A stretch of 64,000 nucleotides of DNA from Mycobacteriales bacterium (GTDB lineage Bacteria > Actinomycetota > Actinomycetes > BP-191), in assembly GCA_046590575.1 (NCBI GenBank), contig JBKJUS010000169.1, positions 818 through 64,817 on the forward strand, given 5' to 3'. Numbering within the stretch: position 1 is the stretch's first letter; every line of letters starts with the position of its first letter. Below are positions 18,431 through 29,400 of the stretch, piece by piece. A program made the position numbers and the translations under genes. Below the pieces are notes generated by a model that saw nothing but the letters and a program-made list of their open reading frames with translations, made no database searches and was not told the origin of the DNA.

Positions 18431-19105
18431 TCAGCGGATCCGGAAGACCTGGTCAGTCTCCGCCAGGTCGGTGCGCACTGCGTTGAGATCGATCTGGGGG
18501 GTCCCGTAGTAGGAGGGGACGGTGAGCACCTGGTGGCTGCTCGCGCGGAGGGCGCGCAGCTCCGTCCGGCTCGCACCGCGACCGGGAAGCATGCCGGCCG
18601 GCACGGTAATGCCGACGGTGGCCTTGTCGAGTTGGGCGGCTGGCAGCTCCTGTCGCGTCGTCATCGGCACGCCGTACAACCCCGGGCAGGTCTGCTCCAG
18701 CACGGTGCTCGCGGTGCCGATCCTCGGTAGCCGGGTCTCGGCAACCAGGCGGCAGCTGCCGACCGTGGCGCCGAAGCGCACGGCGGTGCCGGCGGCGAGC
18801 GGTGCCCCCAGCTCCACAGTCACCCGCAGGTCGCGGCCGGTCGCTTTGCCGCGAGTCTTCGGTCCGGGCGCGGAGTGCACGAGCACTCGAGTGATGTCGG
18901 CAGCTGCGGAGCTGCTCGGCCCGGCGTTGTGGTTGCCGACGCGATAGCCGTAACCCGACTGGTCGCCGGCACCGGTCTCCTGGTCGTTCACGTGGTTCGC
19001 ATCGCCGGCGATGTCAGCGAAGGCGAGGTGATCGCGGGCTTCGGCACCAGTAGCGAACATGCCGCCGACGAGCACCGTGGCGAGAACAGCAAGGCGCAGG
19101 GTCAT
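18431..19105 (-). CDS. secreted hypothetical protein
   Basis: Signal peptide MTLRLAVLATVLVGGMFATGAEA. No known motif. Confidence 0.45.
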   Translation of the reverse strand: MTLRLAVLATVLVGGMFATGAEARDHLAFADIAGDANHVNDQETGAGDQSGYGYRVGNHNAGPSSSAAADITRVLVHSAPGPKTRGKATGRDLRVTVELGAPLAAGTAVRFGATVGSCRLVAETRLPRIGTASTVLEQTCPGLYGVPMTTRQELPAAQLDKATVGITVPAGMLPGRGASRTELRALRASSHQVLTVPSYYGTPQIDLNAVRTDLAETDQVFRIR

Positions 19106-19676
19106 GTGCGCGTTCCTTAAGTCAGCAGGCCGGAAGTCCGGCAACGGGGGTGTGGAGGAGATTTCGACCTACCCACTGCAATTCCTGCTGGCCTGTCGCA
19201 CCCCGGCTAGAGGTAGGGGGGATGGGATTTCCCGGGGCGGTTACTCGTAGACGACTTCGGCCTTGAGCAGGTCGGCCTCGACCGCGGCATCGGCGGTGCC
19301 TGCGTGAGTGGCGGAGCTTGTCTGGCAGACGCCATTGACGCAGTACGTCGACGGGTTGCCGAGCGCGAACGCGTAGGCGTAGCTGTCGACGAGCAGGTGA
19401 CGTGGCAGGTCACCGGTGATGGTCACGACGATCGTCGCGGTCGCTGGCGGCGGGGTGGGCGAGGGGATGTCGTGAATGTCGTCTCGGACCCCGGCGGTGC
19501 GGCGAGGGAGCCGGCCGCGGGAACGAGAACCGCCGTGGCAAGCGGGATGAGGATGGCAAGGCGTGCGCGCATGTGGGCCGGTCTGGGACGAAGAGCGGAG
19601 TCAGGGTGCACCGACTTGAGCAGTTTGTCTGTCAGCCACCTGACACGAAGATCAGGCGACCCGAACCGGATGGTGG

Positions 19677-19692
19677 GTAACAGCAGCGAAAC
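19677..19692 (+). promoter_or_regulatory. GlnR-box-like site GTAAC-n6-GAAAC upstream of glnA2
   Basis: gtaacagcagcgaaac lies 23 nt upstream of the glnA2 start. It matches the actinobacterial GlnR a-site/b-site consensus gTnAc-n6-GaAAc. Confidence 0.4.
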
Positions 19693-19714
19693 ACAGCCGC
19701 ACTAGGCTCGGCGC

Positions 19715-21040
19715 ATGGGTAAGCAGCAGGAGTTCGTGCTCCGGACGATCGAAGAACGCGACATCCGGTTCGTCCGGCTGTGGTTCACCGACGTACTCGG
19801 CTTCCTCAAGTCGGTGGCCATCGCCCCGGCCGAGCTCGAGGGGGCCTTTGCCGAGGGCATCGGCTTCGACGGCAGCGCGATCCAGGGCTTCGCTCGGGTG
19901 CACGAGAGCGACATGCTGGCTCGGCCGGACCCGTCGACGTTCCAGATCCTGGCCACCCGCGGAGACGGTCCCGGCGTCGCTCGGATGTTCTGCGACATCG
20001 TGATGCCGGACGGCACACCGAGTGAGGCCGACCCGCGGTGGGTGCTGCGCCGCGCGCTCAACAAGGCGGCGGACAAGGGATTCACCTTCTATACCCACCC
20101 GGAGATCGAGTTCTTCCTCTTCAAGGACTCGACGGCGCCGGTGCCCGTTGACCACGCCGGCTACTTCGACCTCACACCGCACGAGGCCGGACACGACTTC
20201 CGTCGGCAGGCGATCACGATGCTGGAACGCATGGGCATCTCGGTGGAGTTCAGCCACCACGAGGTCGCGCCGGGCCAACATGAGATCGACCTGCGATACG
20301 CCGACGCGCTGACGACCGCTGACAACATCATGACGTTCCGTCTCATCATCAAGGAGGTGGCGTTGACTGCCGGCGTCTATGCCTCCTTCATGCCGAAGCC
20401 GATCAGCGAGCATCCCGGTTCGGGCATGCACACCCACCTGAGCCTTTTCGAAGGTGACCGCAACGCCTTCCACGACCCGAGTGACCCCTACTATCTGTCG
20501 AAGATCGGCAAGGCGTTCATCGCCGGTCTCCTGCGCCACGCTTCGGAGATCACCGCGGTCTGCAACCAGTGGGTCAACTCCTACAAGCGGCTCATCGCCG
20601 GCGGCGAGGCGCCCGTCCACGTGACGTGGGGTCACAACAACCGCTCCGCACTGGTCCGCGTGCCGATGTACAAGCCGCAGAAGGGCAACTCCACGCGCGT
20701 CGAGTTCCGGTCACCGGACTCCGCAGCCAACCCCTACCTGGCCTTCGCCCTGATTCTCGCGGCCGGGATGAAGGGCATCGAGGAGGGCTACGAGCTGCCG
20801 CCAGGGGCCGAGGACGACATCTGGGCCCTGTCCGACACCGAGCGTCGGGCGATGGGCTATGAGCGGCTGCCCACCTCGCTGTCCGACGCGATCCGCGTGA
20901 TGGAGAGCTCCGAGCTCGTCGCAGAGACCCTCGGAGAGCACGTCTTTGATTACTTCCTGCGCAACAAGAAGGCGGAGTGGGAGGAATACCGCCGCCAGGT
21001 CACCCCCTTCGAGCTCGACCGCTACCTTCCGCTCCTCTGA
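19715..21040 (+). CDS. glnA2: glutamine synthetase, GlnA2-type
   Basis: The N-terminus (EFVLRTIEERDIRFVRLWFTDVLGFLKSVAIAPAELEGAF) is near-identical to mycobacterial GlnA2. GS catalytic motifs are present throughout. Confidence 0.9.
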   Translation: MGKQQEFVLRTIEERDIRFVRLWFTDVLGFLKSVAIAPAELEGAFAEGIGFDGSAIQGFARVHESDMLARPDPSTFQILATRGDGPGVARMFCDIVMPDGTPSEADPRWVLRRALNKAADKGFTFYTHPEIEFFLFKDSTAPVPVDHAGYFDLTPHEAGHDFRRQAITMLERMGISVEFSHHEVAPGQHEIDLRYADALTTADNIMTFRLIIKEVALTAGVYASFMPKPISEHPGSGMHTHLSLFEGDRNAFHDPSDPYYLSKIGKAFIAGLLRHASEITAVCNQWVNSYKRLIAGGEAPVHVTWGHNNRSALVRVPMYKPQKGNSTRVEFRSPDSAANPYLAFALILAAGMKGIEEGYELPPGAEDDIWALSDTERRAMGYERLPTSLSDAIRVMESSELVAETLGEHVFDYFLRNKKAEWEEYRRQVTPFELDRYLPLL

Positions 21041-21307
21041 GTCCCGGCGAACCTGGAGCAGCGGGCTCTTTCGAATCCTCGTGACCTTGTGCAACGATGA
21101 TCGCTCGATCCGAGCCTGGCCGAGGACCCAGTACTTCCTGGCGGTCGCGAAGCTGGCGCGAACCCCCTGCAGCACTTCAGGCTCTCCAGTGAGGTGCGCC
21201 CAGGTCCATGGGTCGGTCGGCCGTGCTCCGCGGGCACCTTTTGCACGTCCAGCTTCCCCGCTGCAACCCGCACTAACCCGTCAAGTCCAGCAGAACCAGG
21301 GAGAACG

Positions 21308-23566
21308 ATGGCCAAGGCCGCCAACAGCAGCGCTACCTCGTCGCCGGAGCCGTCATCCGGCGCGAGGCTGCAGAATTTCAGCCGCTCTGCCCGCGCCTAC
21401 CTGAGGGAGCGCAAGCGGCAACGGGCCATCAAGCGCCGGACGTCGAACTCCCGCCTAGCCATCTTCCTGGTGATCACACTGCTCGGTCTTTTCGCGACCG
21501 TTTTCCTCGCGCTGCGCTTCCTCGGCGCAGACGCGGACGGGCGTCAGCTCACTCTGGGTGAGGTTCGGCTGCTGGCCGATCAGGGCCGGATCGAGACCGC
21601 GACGTTGCTGGATGAGGACGACCTCTTTGTCGGCCGCTTCGTGTCGCAGGACGACGCCGACGAGCGCAACGCGCCCATTCCCGTGGCGAGCGCCTCTGCG
21701 GCCCCGGTGGCGTCGGCCACGCCGGCGCCGGCCGCGAGCGCGAAGCCGGTCGTCTCGGCGTCTCCTGCCGCCAAGCCTGCACCGTTGCCGCTGACCAACC
21801 AGGTCCCCGTCGACTCGCCGGTGCGGAACGACGCCGCTGCGGGCGACTACTACGTCAACGTCTCGGGCAGCGGCTCGCTGACCCAGGGCTTGGAGCAGGC
21901 CTTGCGCGGCAGCACCACCGAGGTGGCCGTCGACGAGCAGGGCACCAAGCAGAACGTGCGCCTGCTCACGACGTTCTTGCTGCCACTGATGATCCTCGCC
22001 AACCTTTTCGCGATGCTCTTCACCCTCGGCAAGGGTGGCAGCTCGGCAATTGGCGATGTCATCAACTTCGGCTCGATTGGCAAGGGCAAGGCCAAGAAGG
22101 GGGCGAGCTACGTCACTTTCGAGGACGTCGGTGGCGCCGACGAGGCAGTCACTGAGCTGCGTGAGGTGCGGGACTACCTCACCGATCCGGCGAAGTACGA
22201 GGCACTCGGCGCTGCTCCGCCGAAGGGCGTGCTGCTCTTCGGTCCACCCGGCACCGGCAAGACCCTGCTCGCCAAGGCGGTGGCCGGCGAGGCCGGTGTG
22301 CCGTTCTTCTCCGTCGCAGGTGCGCAGTTCGTCGAGGCCCTCGTCGGCGTCGGCGCAGCTCGGGTACGCGACCTCTTCGAGCGGGTCCACGCGGCGGCAC
22401 CGGCGATCGTCTTCATCGACGAGCTCGACGCGGCCGGGCGTAAGCGCGGCACCGGTGGTGGTGGCGGCGGCTCGGACGAGCGCGAGCAGACGCTGAACCA
22501 GCTACTGGTGGAGATGGACGGGTTCGAGGTGTCCTCGGGCATCGTGGTGATCGGCGCGACCAACCGGCCCGACATCCTCGACCCCGCGCTGATGCGCCCC
22601 GGTCGCTTCGACCGGCACATCACCATCGAGCGGCCGGAGCAGGAGGGCCGGGAGCGGATCCTGCGGATCCACGCCAAGGGCAAGCCGATCGCGCCCTCGG
22701 TGGATTTCGCCTTCCTGGCTGAGCGCACCCCGGGCTTCACTGGCGCGGACCTGGCCAACGTGGTGAATGAGGCCGCGCTGCTCGCTATCCGCCAGGGCAA
22801 GGCGCTGGTCGAGCCGGCGGAGCTCGAGGAGGCGATCCAGCGGGTGCTCACGGGGCCCAAGCGCCGCGGCCGGCTGATGAGCAGCGACGAGCGTCAGCGC
22901 GCCGCGATCCACGAGAGCGGGCATGTGGTGGTCGCTGCGGCTGCTGGGCGGGTCGCCGACGTCGAGCGCGTGTCGATCCTGAGCCGGGGGAAGCAGCTCG
23001 CCACGACGACGTTGCAGTCCGACGCCGACGTCAGCTTGCTGTCCCAGACTGCGCTGCGCGGTCAGCTGGTCACCCTCCTCGGCGGCATCGCCGCGGAAAA
23101 CCTGATCTTCGGGGAGATGTCAACCGGCGGCGAGCAGGACCTGGAGCAAGCCACCGACCTGGCCCGGGACATGGTGGCCCGCTACGGGATGAGCCCGATC
23201 CTGGGCCCCGTCCGTCTCCTCGGAAAGGCCAGTGAGGCGTTCCTCGGCAACGACATCCCGCTATCCGATGTCTCCCCGGAGACCCGGGCCACGCTGGACG
23301 CGGAGATCCGCCGGTTCATCGCCGAAGCCCAGGACGAGGCCATGGAGCTGCTGTCGCGGCACCGCGCCACCCTCGACGGCCTGGCTGCCCGACTCGAGGA
23401 GGAGGAGACCCTCGAGGGCGAAGAGCTCCAGGAGGTGCTCGCCCCGATCGAGCGGGAGATGTCCCGGGAGAAGATCAGCCCCAACGGCCGCGCCGTCCGC
23501 CGTGCGCCGGCCACCCGCCGTACGCCGGCCACCCGGCGGGCACCCGTCAAGTCTGCTCGCCGATAA
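21308..23566 (+). CDS. FtsH-family membrane AAA+ zinc metalloprotease paralog
   Basis: AGGGAG RBS. TM1, a long low-complexity periplasmic loop, then TM2. Walker A GPPGTGKT, second region of homology (SRH) and HEXXH as HESGH. M41 peptidase-like C-terminus. Confidence 0.75.
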   Translation: MAKAANSSATSSPEPSSGARLQNFSRSARAYLRERKRQRAIKRRTSNSRLAIFLVITLLGLFATVFLALRFLGADADGRQLTLGEVRLLADQGRIETATLLDEDDLFVGRFVSQDDADERNAPIPVASASAAPVASATPAPAASAKPVVSASPAAKPAPLPLTNQVPVDSPVRNDAAAGDYYVNVSGSGSLTQGLEQALRGSTTEVAVDEQGTKQNVRLLTTFLLPLMILANLFAMLFTLGKGGSSAIGDVINFGSIGKGKAKKGASYVTFEDVGGADEAVTELREVRDYLTDPAKYEALGAAPPKGVLLFGPPGTGKTLLAKAVAGEAGVPFFSVAGAQFVEALVGVGAARVRDLFERVHAAAPAIVFIDELDAAGRKRGTGGGGGGSDEREQTLNQLLVEMDGFEVSSGIVVIGATNRPDILDPALMRPGRFDRHITIERPEQEGRERILRIHAKGKPIAPSVDFAFLAERTPGFTGADLANVVNEAALLAIRQGKALVEPAELEEAIQRVLTGPKRRGRLMSSDERQRAAIHESGHVVVAAAAGRVADVERVSILSRGKQLATTTLQSDADVSLLSQTALRGQLVTLLGGIAAENLIFGEMSTGGEQDLEQATDLARDMVARYGMSPILGPVRLLGKASEAFLGNDIPLSDVSPETRATLDAEIRRFIAEAQDEAMELLSRHRATLDGLAARLEEEETLEGEELQEVLAPIEREMSREKISPNGRAVRRAPATRRTPATRRAPVKSARR

Positions 23567-23659
23567 CCTCAACCCGGTAACGCCCGCAGGATCGCCCGCC
23601 CCGCCGTCGAAGGCTTATCGTCGACGGCGGGGTGCATTGCTACGGAGGACACGCAACCG

Positions 23660-26413
23660 GTGAGACCCACACACGCGCCGCGTCCCGCGCGCATCACGCG
23701 GATCCGCGCTGCTCTGCTCGCGGCGGTGGTCACGGTGCTCGCCGTGCCGATCGTGACCTCCCAGGCGCAGGTGGCCGCTCCCCGGTGTCCTGACCGCAAC
23801 CAAATCGTGCCGGTCGGTGGCAACGTCGCCCGCTGGGAGGCCATCGCCAAGCCTGCGTTCGACGTCGGCCCGCAGACCATGACGGCGTACGCCGTCCAGC
23901 CGACCGACCCATCGATCATCTATGTCACCAACGGCAAGACCGTCATGCGGACCTCCAACAGCGGATGCACCTTCGATGAGGTGCTCGAGCTGCGGCCCGA
24001 GGCGTCCGGCGATGTCGCGCTCTCGTCCGCCACGACGACGATCACATCGCTCGCCCTGCCCGAGCGCGGTTCTCCTCGCCGGGTCATCGCCACCGCCGTG
24101 GAGGTCGACGCCGGCGCCGGGCGGCCGCACGTCCTGCGCACCGACACGGGCAACAACGGCACCTGGGAGATCGCCGACGGCGGCCTACCCCCGGTGGGCC
24201 GGCCGGTCGACCTGCGAATCGCCCCCGGCGACGCGCGGGTCGTGTTCCTCTCCCTCCGCGCGGTCAGCGGCCTGGACGACACGCCGGTCGGTCCGATTCC
24301 GCCGATCGGTGGCCCCGCGCCGACGCCCAGCGGGCCGGTTGGCGCGCTCTATCGCAGCGGCAATGGGGGGCAGAGCTGGACCCAGGTGGCACAGGGCGAC
24401 CAGCTCGGTGGTGCGACGGTGCTCGACGACGTGGCGGTCAGCGACCTCAGCGCTGAGCGGGTCTTCGTGATCGCCGGGGGGGTGCTGCTCAGCTCGACGG
24501 ATGGCGGGGCGACCTTTTCCGACAGCGGTCTCACCCGCGCGCAGCAGACCTCCGGCGGATACCGGTTCACCACCCTGGACGTCTTCCAACAACGGATCTA
24601 CGCGTTCAGCAGCACTACGACCGCCGGCGGGCCGGCGGCTGTCCGCTCGAACGACAACGGGCGGACCTACTCTGCGGCGAAGGTGCCGTTCGTCGCCGAG
24701 TCCGCAGCGCACGGTTCGCGCGCCGGCGACGTGATCGTCGGCACCACGCTCGCCGATGGCACCACAGACGTCTTCGCGCTGTCCAACAACCGGTGGGTGG
24801 CCGTCACCCCGGCTCCTAACGCGGTGCCGTTCCGGGTGCAGATCGACCGCTCGCGGAGCGTGCGCTTCGGCCTGTCGACGGAGAAGATCTACCGGACCAT
24901 CGCGGACCGGTCCACGCCCGACGTGGCACCTCCGCCGATCAATGTGGACAACAACGCCGGCAACTTGGCCGGTGTGCGGCCACCGAGCCTGCTGCCCCGC
25001 AGCCAGACCGTGGTGCTCGACATCGGGCAGTCCAAACAGATCACGTACACGCTCCAGATCCCTCGTCGCCCCACCCCGCTCGACGTCTACATCGTGCTCG
25101 ACAACTCCGGCTCGATGATCGCCTTCATCGACGACCTGCGGGTCAACCTCGCCAAGGCGGTCAGCACGCTGCGGGCCAATGCGGTCGACGTCTACGCCGG
25201 CCTGGGTTACTACAAGTCGCTCACCAGCCCGCCGCTCTACGACCGACTGGTCGACGTCGGTCCGGTCAACCAGAACTTCTTCAACCAGCTCGCGACGCTC
25301 GATCCCAAGAAGACGACTGGCAACCAAGAGCCCATCCTCGACGCTCTCTACCAGAGCGCCACGGGTGAAGGCCGGTCCAACCTGACGTTCGCCGCCTTGA
25401 GCACCTGTGACATCGACCCGGGACTTGCCGGGTGTCAGATCCCGCGTAACAAGCAGGCAAACTTCCGCACCGACTCGCTGCGGGTGCTTCTGCACGCCGG
25501 CAACGAGGAGTGGGACCGCGAGCTCCAGGGCTCGCCCAGCTTCGCGCGGACGGCCGAGGCCCTGCGGAACCGGTCCATCAAGCACGTGGGCATCGCAGTG
25601 CTTCCGATCGCCCGTCGAGACATGCAGGACATGGCCCGGGCCACGGGTGCGCTCGCCGGTCCCGGAGGAGTCGACTGCAGCGGTGACGGCCGGGCGGACA
25701 TCGCCCAGGGCGAGCCCTTGGTCTGCACGGGCAACGGCGAGCTCGCCCGCACCCTGGTGCAGATCCTCAACGGAGTGACCGACGTACAGAACCTTCGGTT
25801 CTTCGCCCGTCGGCCCTCGCCGGTGCTCCGTGCGCTCGAGCCCACCCGGATCCTGCCGATCAACGTCAAGGCCGACAGCACGGTCACGCTGACCGCGACC
25901 GTGTCCTGCCTCGGCGTCGAGCCGGGGCAGTACGAGTTGAGCTTCGGGGCTGCGTTGCGCGAGGCCACGGTCGCTGAAGCGGGCGCGCTCGTCACGTGCG
26001 GCCTGTCACCGGCCGTCGTTGCGGGCGTGGCCGCACCACCTGCGGCGCCGCAGCAGCAGGCGGGTCCCGTCCAGCCGGCGCCCGCGCCCGTCCCGGCGCC
26101 AGCACCCGCGCCGCAGGTCAACCCCGCTCCGCAGTCTCAGGTGCAGCCGCAGATCAACACCCAGGTCAACGCCGGCACGGCCTTCGAGGAGCAGGAGCAG
26201 ATCCAGATCGCCACCGTCGGGGTCGATGTGCGCCAACGGGAGGAGCTGGCCATGAGTGCGCTCCCACTCGGTGAGCGGGACGACCCGGTGACCGCCGCCG
26301 CGACCGTCCTCGTCGGCGGGTCGCTGGTGATGTCGGCCTGCGTGGGTGTCGTGCTGGCCCAGCGTCGGCGTACGGCGACCGCAACCGTGACCGCACGCTC
26401 CGACCGCCGGTGA
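23660..26413 (+). CDS. secreted BNR/Asp-box beta-propeller plus VWA-domain protein with C-terminal TM anchor
   Basis: Signal peptide. Four Asp-box motifs (SNSGCTF, GNGGQSW, STDGGATF, SNDNGRTY). VWA MIDAS motif DNSGS (DVYIVLDNSGSM). Pro/Gln-rich linker and C-terminal TM helix. Confidence 0.65.
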   Translation: MRPTHAPRPARITRIRAALLAAVVTVLAVPIVTSQAQVAAPRCPDRNQIVPVGGNVARWEAIAKPAFDVGPQTMTAYAVQPTDPSIIYVTNGKTVMRTSNSGCTFDEVLELRPEASGDVALSSATTTITSLALPERGSPRRVIATAVEVDAGAGRPHVLRTDTGNNGTWEIADGGLPPVGRPVDLRIAPGDARVVFLSLRAVSGLDDTPVGPIPPIGGPAPTPSGPVGALYRSGNGGQSWTQVAQGDQLGGATVLDDVAVSDLSAERVFVIAGGVLLSSTDGGATFSDSGLTRAQQTSGGYRFTTLDVFQQRIYAFSSTTTAGGPAAVRSNDNGRTYSAAKVPFVAESAAHGSRAGDVIVGTTLADGTTDVFALSNNRWVAVTPAPNAVPFRVQIDRSRSVRFGLSTEKIYRTIADRSTPDVAPPPINVDNNAGNLAGVRPPSLLPRSQTVVLDIGQSKQITYTLQIPRRPTPLDVYIVLDNSGSMIAFIDDLRVNLAKAVSTLRANAVDVYAGLGYYKSLTSPPLYDRLVDVGPVNQNFFNQLATLDPKKTTGNQEPILDALYQSATGEGRSNLTFAALSTCDIDPGLAGCQIPRNKQANFRTDSLRVLLHAGNEEWDRELQGSPSFARTAEALRNRSIKHVGIAVLPIARRDMQDMARATGALAGPGGVDCSGDGRADIAQGEPLVCTGNGELARTLVQILNGVTDVQNLRFFARRPSPVLRALEPTRILPINVKADSTVTLTATVSCLGVEPGQYELSFGAALREATVAEAGALVTCGLSPAVVAGVAAPPAAPQQQAGPVQPAPAPVPAPAPAPQVNPAPQSQVQPQINTQVNAGTAFEEQEQIQIATVGVDVRQREELAMSALPLGERDDPVTAAATVLVGGSLVMSACVGVVLAQRRRTATATVTARSDRR

Positions 26414-26440
26414 TCGCGAGCCCTCGGTAGGCTCGCCGGT

Positions 26441-29400
26441 GTGGCGAGCGAAGGCACAGGTGCCGACGCACGGCTGACCCGACTCGGCTTCACCGACCCA
26501 CGTGCCGCGCGGGCGCTGCTCGGCCCGGATGGCCTCCGCCTGTGGGGCAGCGACGGGGCGGTCGACGCCGGAGCCGCAGCGATCCTCGCCGCGCTGGCGC
26601 ACGTCGCCAACCCTGACCTCGCACTCGGCGCGCTTGGCCGGCTGGTCACGGTCGTCCCGAAGCCGGCGGTTCTGCTGGCCGCTCTGCGGTCCTCCGCCGG
26701 CCTACGTGAACGTCTGCTGGGAGTGCTCGGCACCTCGACCGTGCTCGGTGACCACCTCGTGCGGCACCCGCGGAGCTGGCCGACGCTCGCGGACAACCGC
26801 ATCGCCGCCTCACGGCCCAGCGCTCTCGGTCTGCGCGAGCAGCTGCTCGCTGCCGTCGGCGCCGACGTCACTGCTCCGCTGCCGTGGGGGAGTGGTGCGG
26901 GGAGTCGGGCGTCCGGGGCCGGCGATGACGTGCTCGACGAGCTGCGCACGGCGTACCGGTCGGCGCTGCTGCGGCTAGCGGCGCGCGATGTCGCCGGCGG
27001 CATCGCTATCGACGACGTCGCCGCCGAGCTGGCCGACCTGGCCGCCGCAACGCTGGAGGCTGCGCTCGCTGTCGCTGTGGCCGCGATCGAGCCGGACGTC
27101 GAGCCGTGCCGGATCGCCGTCATCGGCATGGGCAAATGCGGTGGGCGCGAGCTCAACTACGTCAGCGATGTGGATGTCGTCTTCGTCGCGGAGGCGCTGC
27201 CGGGCGGAGACGAGGCGCGCGCCCTGCGCACGGCTACCAGGCTGGCGGAGGGCCTGATCAAGGCATGTTCGGCGACCACTCGCGAAGGCTCCATCTGGCC
27301 GGTCGACGCCGGGCTGCGTCCCGAGGGCCGATCGGGCCCGCTGGTCCGGACCCTGGCCAGCCACGCGGCGTACTACGAGCGCTGGGCGAAGAACTGGGAG
27401 TTCCAGGCGCTGCTCAAGGCGCGTCCGGTGGCCGGCGACCTCGCCCTCGGTCAGGACTACCTCCGGGTGATCGCGCCGATGGTGTGGTCGCAGGCGCCGC
27501 GACCGGATCTGGTCGCCGACGTCCAGGCGATGAAGAAGCGGGTGGAAGGCTCGGTCGCGCCGAAGGAGTCGGGGCGCCAGCTCAAGCTCGCGCCCGGAGG
27601 TCTGCGCGACGTGGAGTTCAGCGTGCAGCTCCTCCAGCTCGTCCACGGCCGGGCCGACGAGACACTGCGCGTGCGCAGCACCCTCGAAGGGCTCGAGCGG
27701 CTGGCCAAGGGTGGCTACGTCGCGATCGAGGATGCCGAGCGGCTGGCTGACGCTTACCGATTCCTCCGCGGGGTCGAGCACCGGCTGCAGCTCCAACGCC
27801 TCCGGCGTACCCACACCCTGCCGACCGAGCCGGCGGCCTTGCGGTGGGTGGCTCGCAGCATGGGGTTCCGTGACGGGGCGCGCGGCACGGCGACGGAGGG
27901 GCTGCTTGCCGAGCGCGCCCGGCACGCGGTCGAGGTGCGGCGCCTGCACGAGAAGCTCTTCTACCGCCCCCTGCTGACCGCGGTGGCGCGGCTGCCGGCC
28001 GATGCCATCCGGTTGGCGCCCGAGGCGGCCCGCGAGCGACTGGATGCTCTTGGCTTCGCTGACTCGGCAGGTGCGCTGCGTCACCTCGAGGCGATGACCG
28101 GCGGCCTGTCCCGGAGGGCCTCGGTCCTGCGAACCATGCTGCCGGTGATGCTCCCTTGGTTCGCGGCGGCGCACGACCCGGACAGCGGGTTGCTCGCCTT
28201 CCGCACGGTCAGCGAGCAGCTAGGCAGCTCGCCGTGGTTCATCGCTCTCTTGCGGGACTCAGAAGTAGTGGCCGAGCGGCTGGCCAGTCTGCTCTCGTCC
28301 AGCAAGTTCGTGGCAGACCTGCTTGGCCGTGCCCCGGAGGCGGTAGCCATCGTCGCGCGCGACGCCGAGTTGGCACCGCGGACGGCAGCCGCACTGCACG
28401 AGGAATTCGGGTCGGTGGTGGCCCGCCACCACGACGCGGAGGCGGCCGCAGCTGCGGTGCGCGGTCTACGGCGTCACGAGCTCCTGCGAGTCGCGTGCGC
28501 TGACCTGCTGGGAATGGTCGATGTCGACGGGGTCGGTCCAGCCCTGTCCGACGTGTCGGATGCGACCCTCGCTGCGACCCTCGACGTGGCCCAGCGCCAC
28601 GTCACGGCGGTCCGCGGCGCGCCGCTCGACGTACGTCTTGTTGTTGTCGGCATGGGTCGTCTGGGCGGGCGCGAGCAAGGCTACGGCTCGGACGCAGACG
28701 TGCTCTTCGTGCATGAGCCCATGGACGGTGCCGACGAGGCAGCTGCCGCGGCCACGGCGAAGAACATCGCCGAGGAGCTGAGGCGGCTGCTCTCGGTGCC
28801 ATCCCCCGATCCACCGCTCCTCGTCGACGCGGGTCTCCGTCCGGAAGGTCGACAGGGTGCGCTCACTTTGAGCCTGTCCGGCTATGCCCGCTACTACGCA
28901 GGTCGAGCCGCCGTATGGGAGGCACAGGCGCTTCTGCGCGCTCGGGTGGTCGCCGGTGACGCCGACCTGGGTAACCGCTTTTGCGAGCTCATCGAGCCGG
29001 TGCGCTGGCCCGAGTCGTTCAGTGACGAGAGCGTGACGGAGATCCGGCGAATCAAGGCCCGAGTGGAGACCGAGCGGCTGTCGCGCGGCGTCGACCGCCA
29101 CCGTCACACGAAGCTAGGTCCCGGAGCGATCGCAGACGTGGAATGGACCGTGCAGCTGCTGCAGCTGCGCTACGCGCACTCAACGCCGACCTTGCGTACC
29201 GCTTCCACGCTCGACGCTCTGGCCGCTGCTGCTGCGGCGGGGTTGATCCCGCCGGATGACGCAGACCTGCTCTGCACGGCGTGGCAAGCGGCGACCGCGG
29301 CGCGAAACGGGCTGACGTTGGTCCGTGGCCGCGCACACGACGTGCTGCCGGATGACGCGCGCACTCTGGCCGGGGTGGCGCGGGCAGTCGGCTACCCTGC

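Noticed and set aside
19652-20635. 327-aa ORF antisense to glnA2
   Set aside because: Antisense artefact inside a highly conserved gene.
24185-25585. 466-aa ORF antisense to the BNR-VWA gene, and similar long antisense ORFs at 26975..28174 (within glnE), 30111..31607, 35366..36676, 49035..50459, 46138..47541 and 42535..43374
   Set aside because: All lie opposite better-supported genes and show the R/G/P-rich composition of non-coding GC-rich frames.
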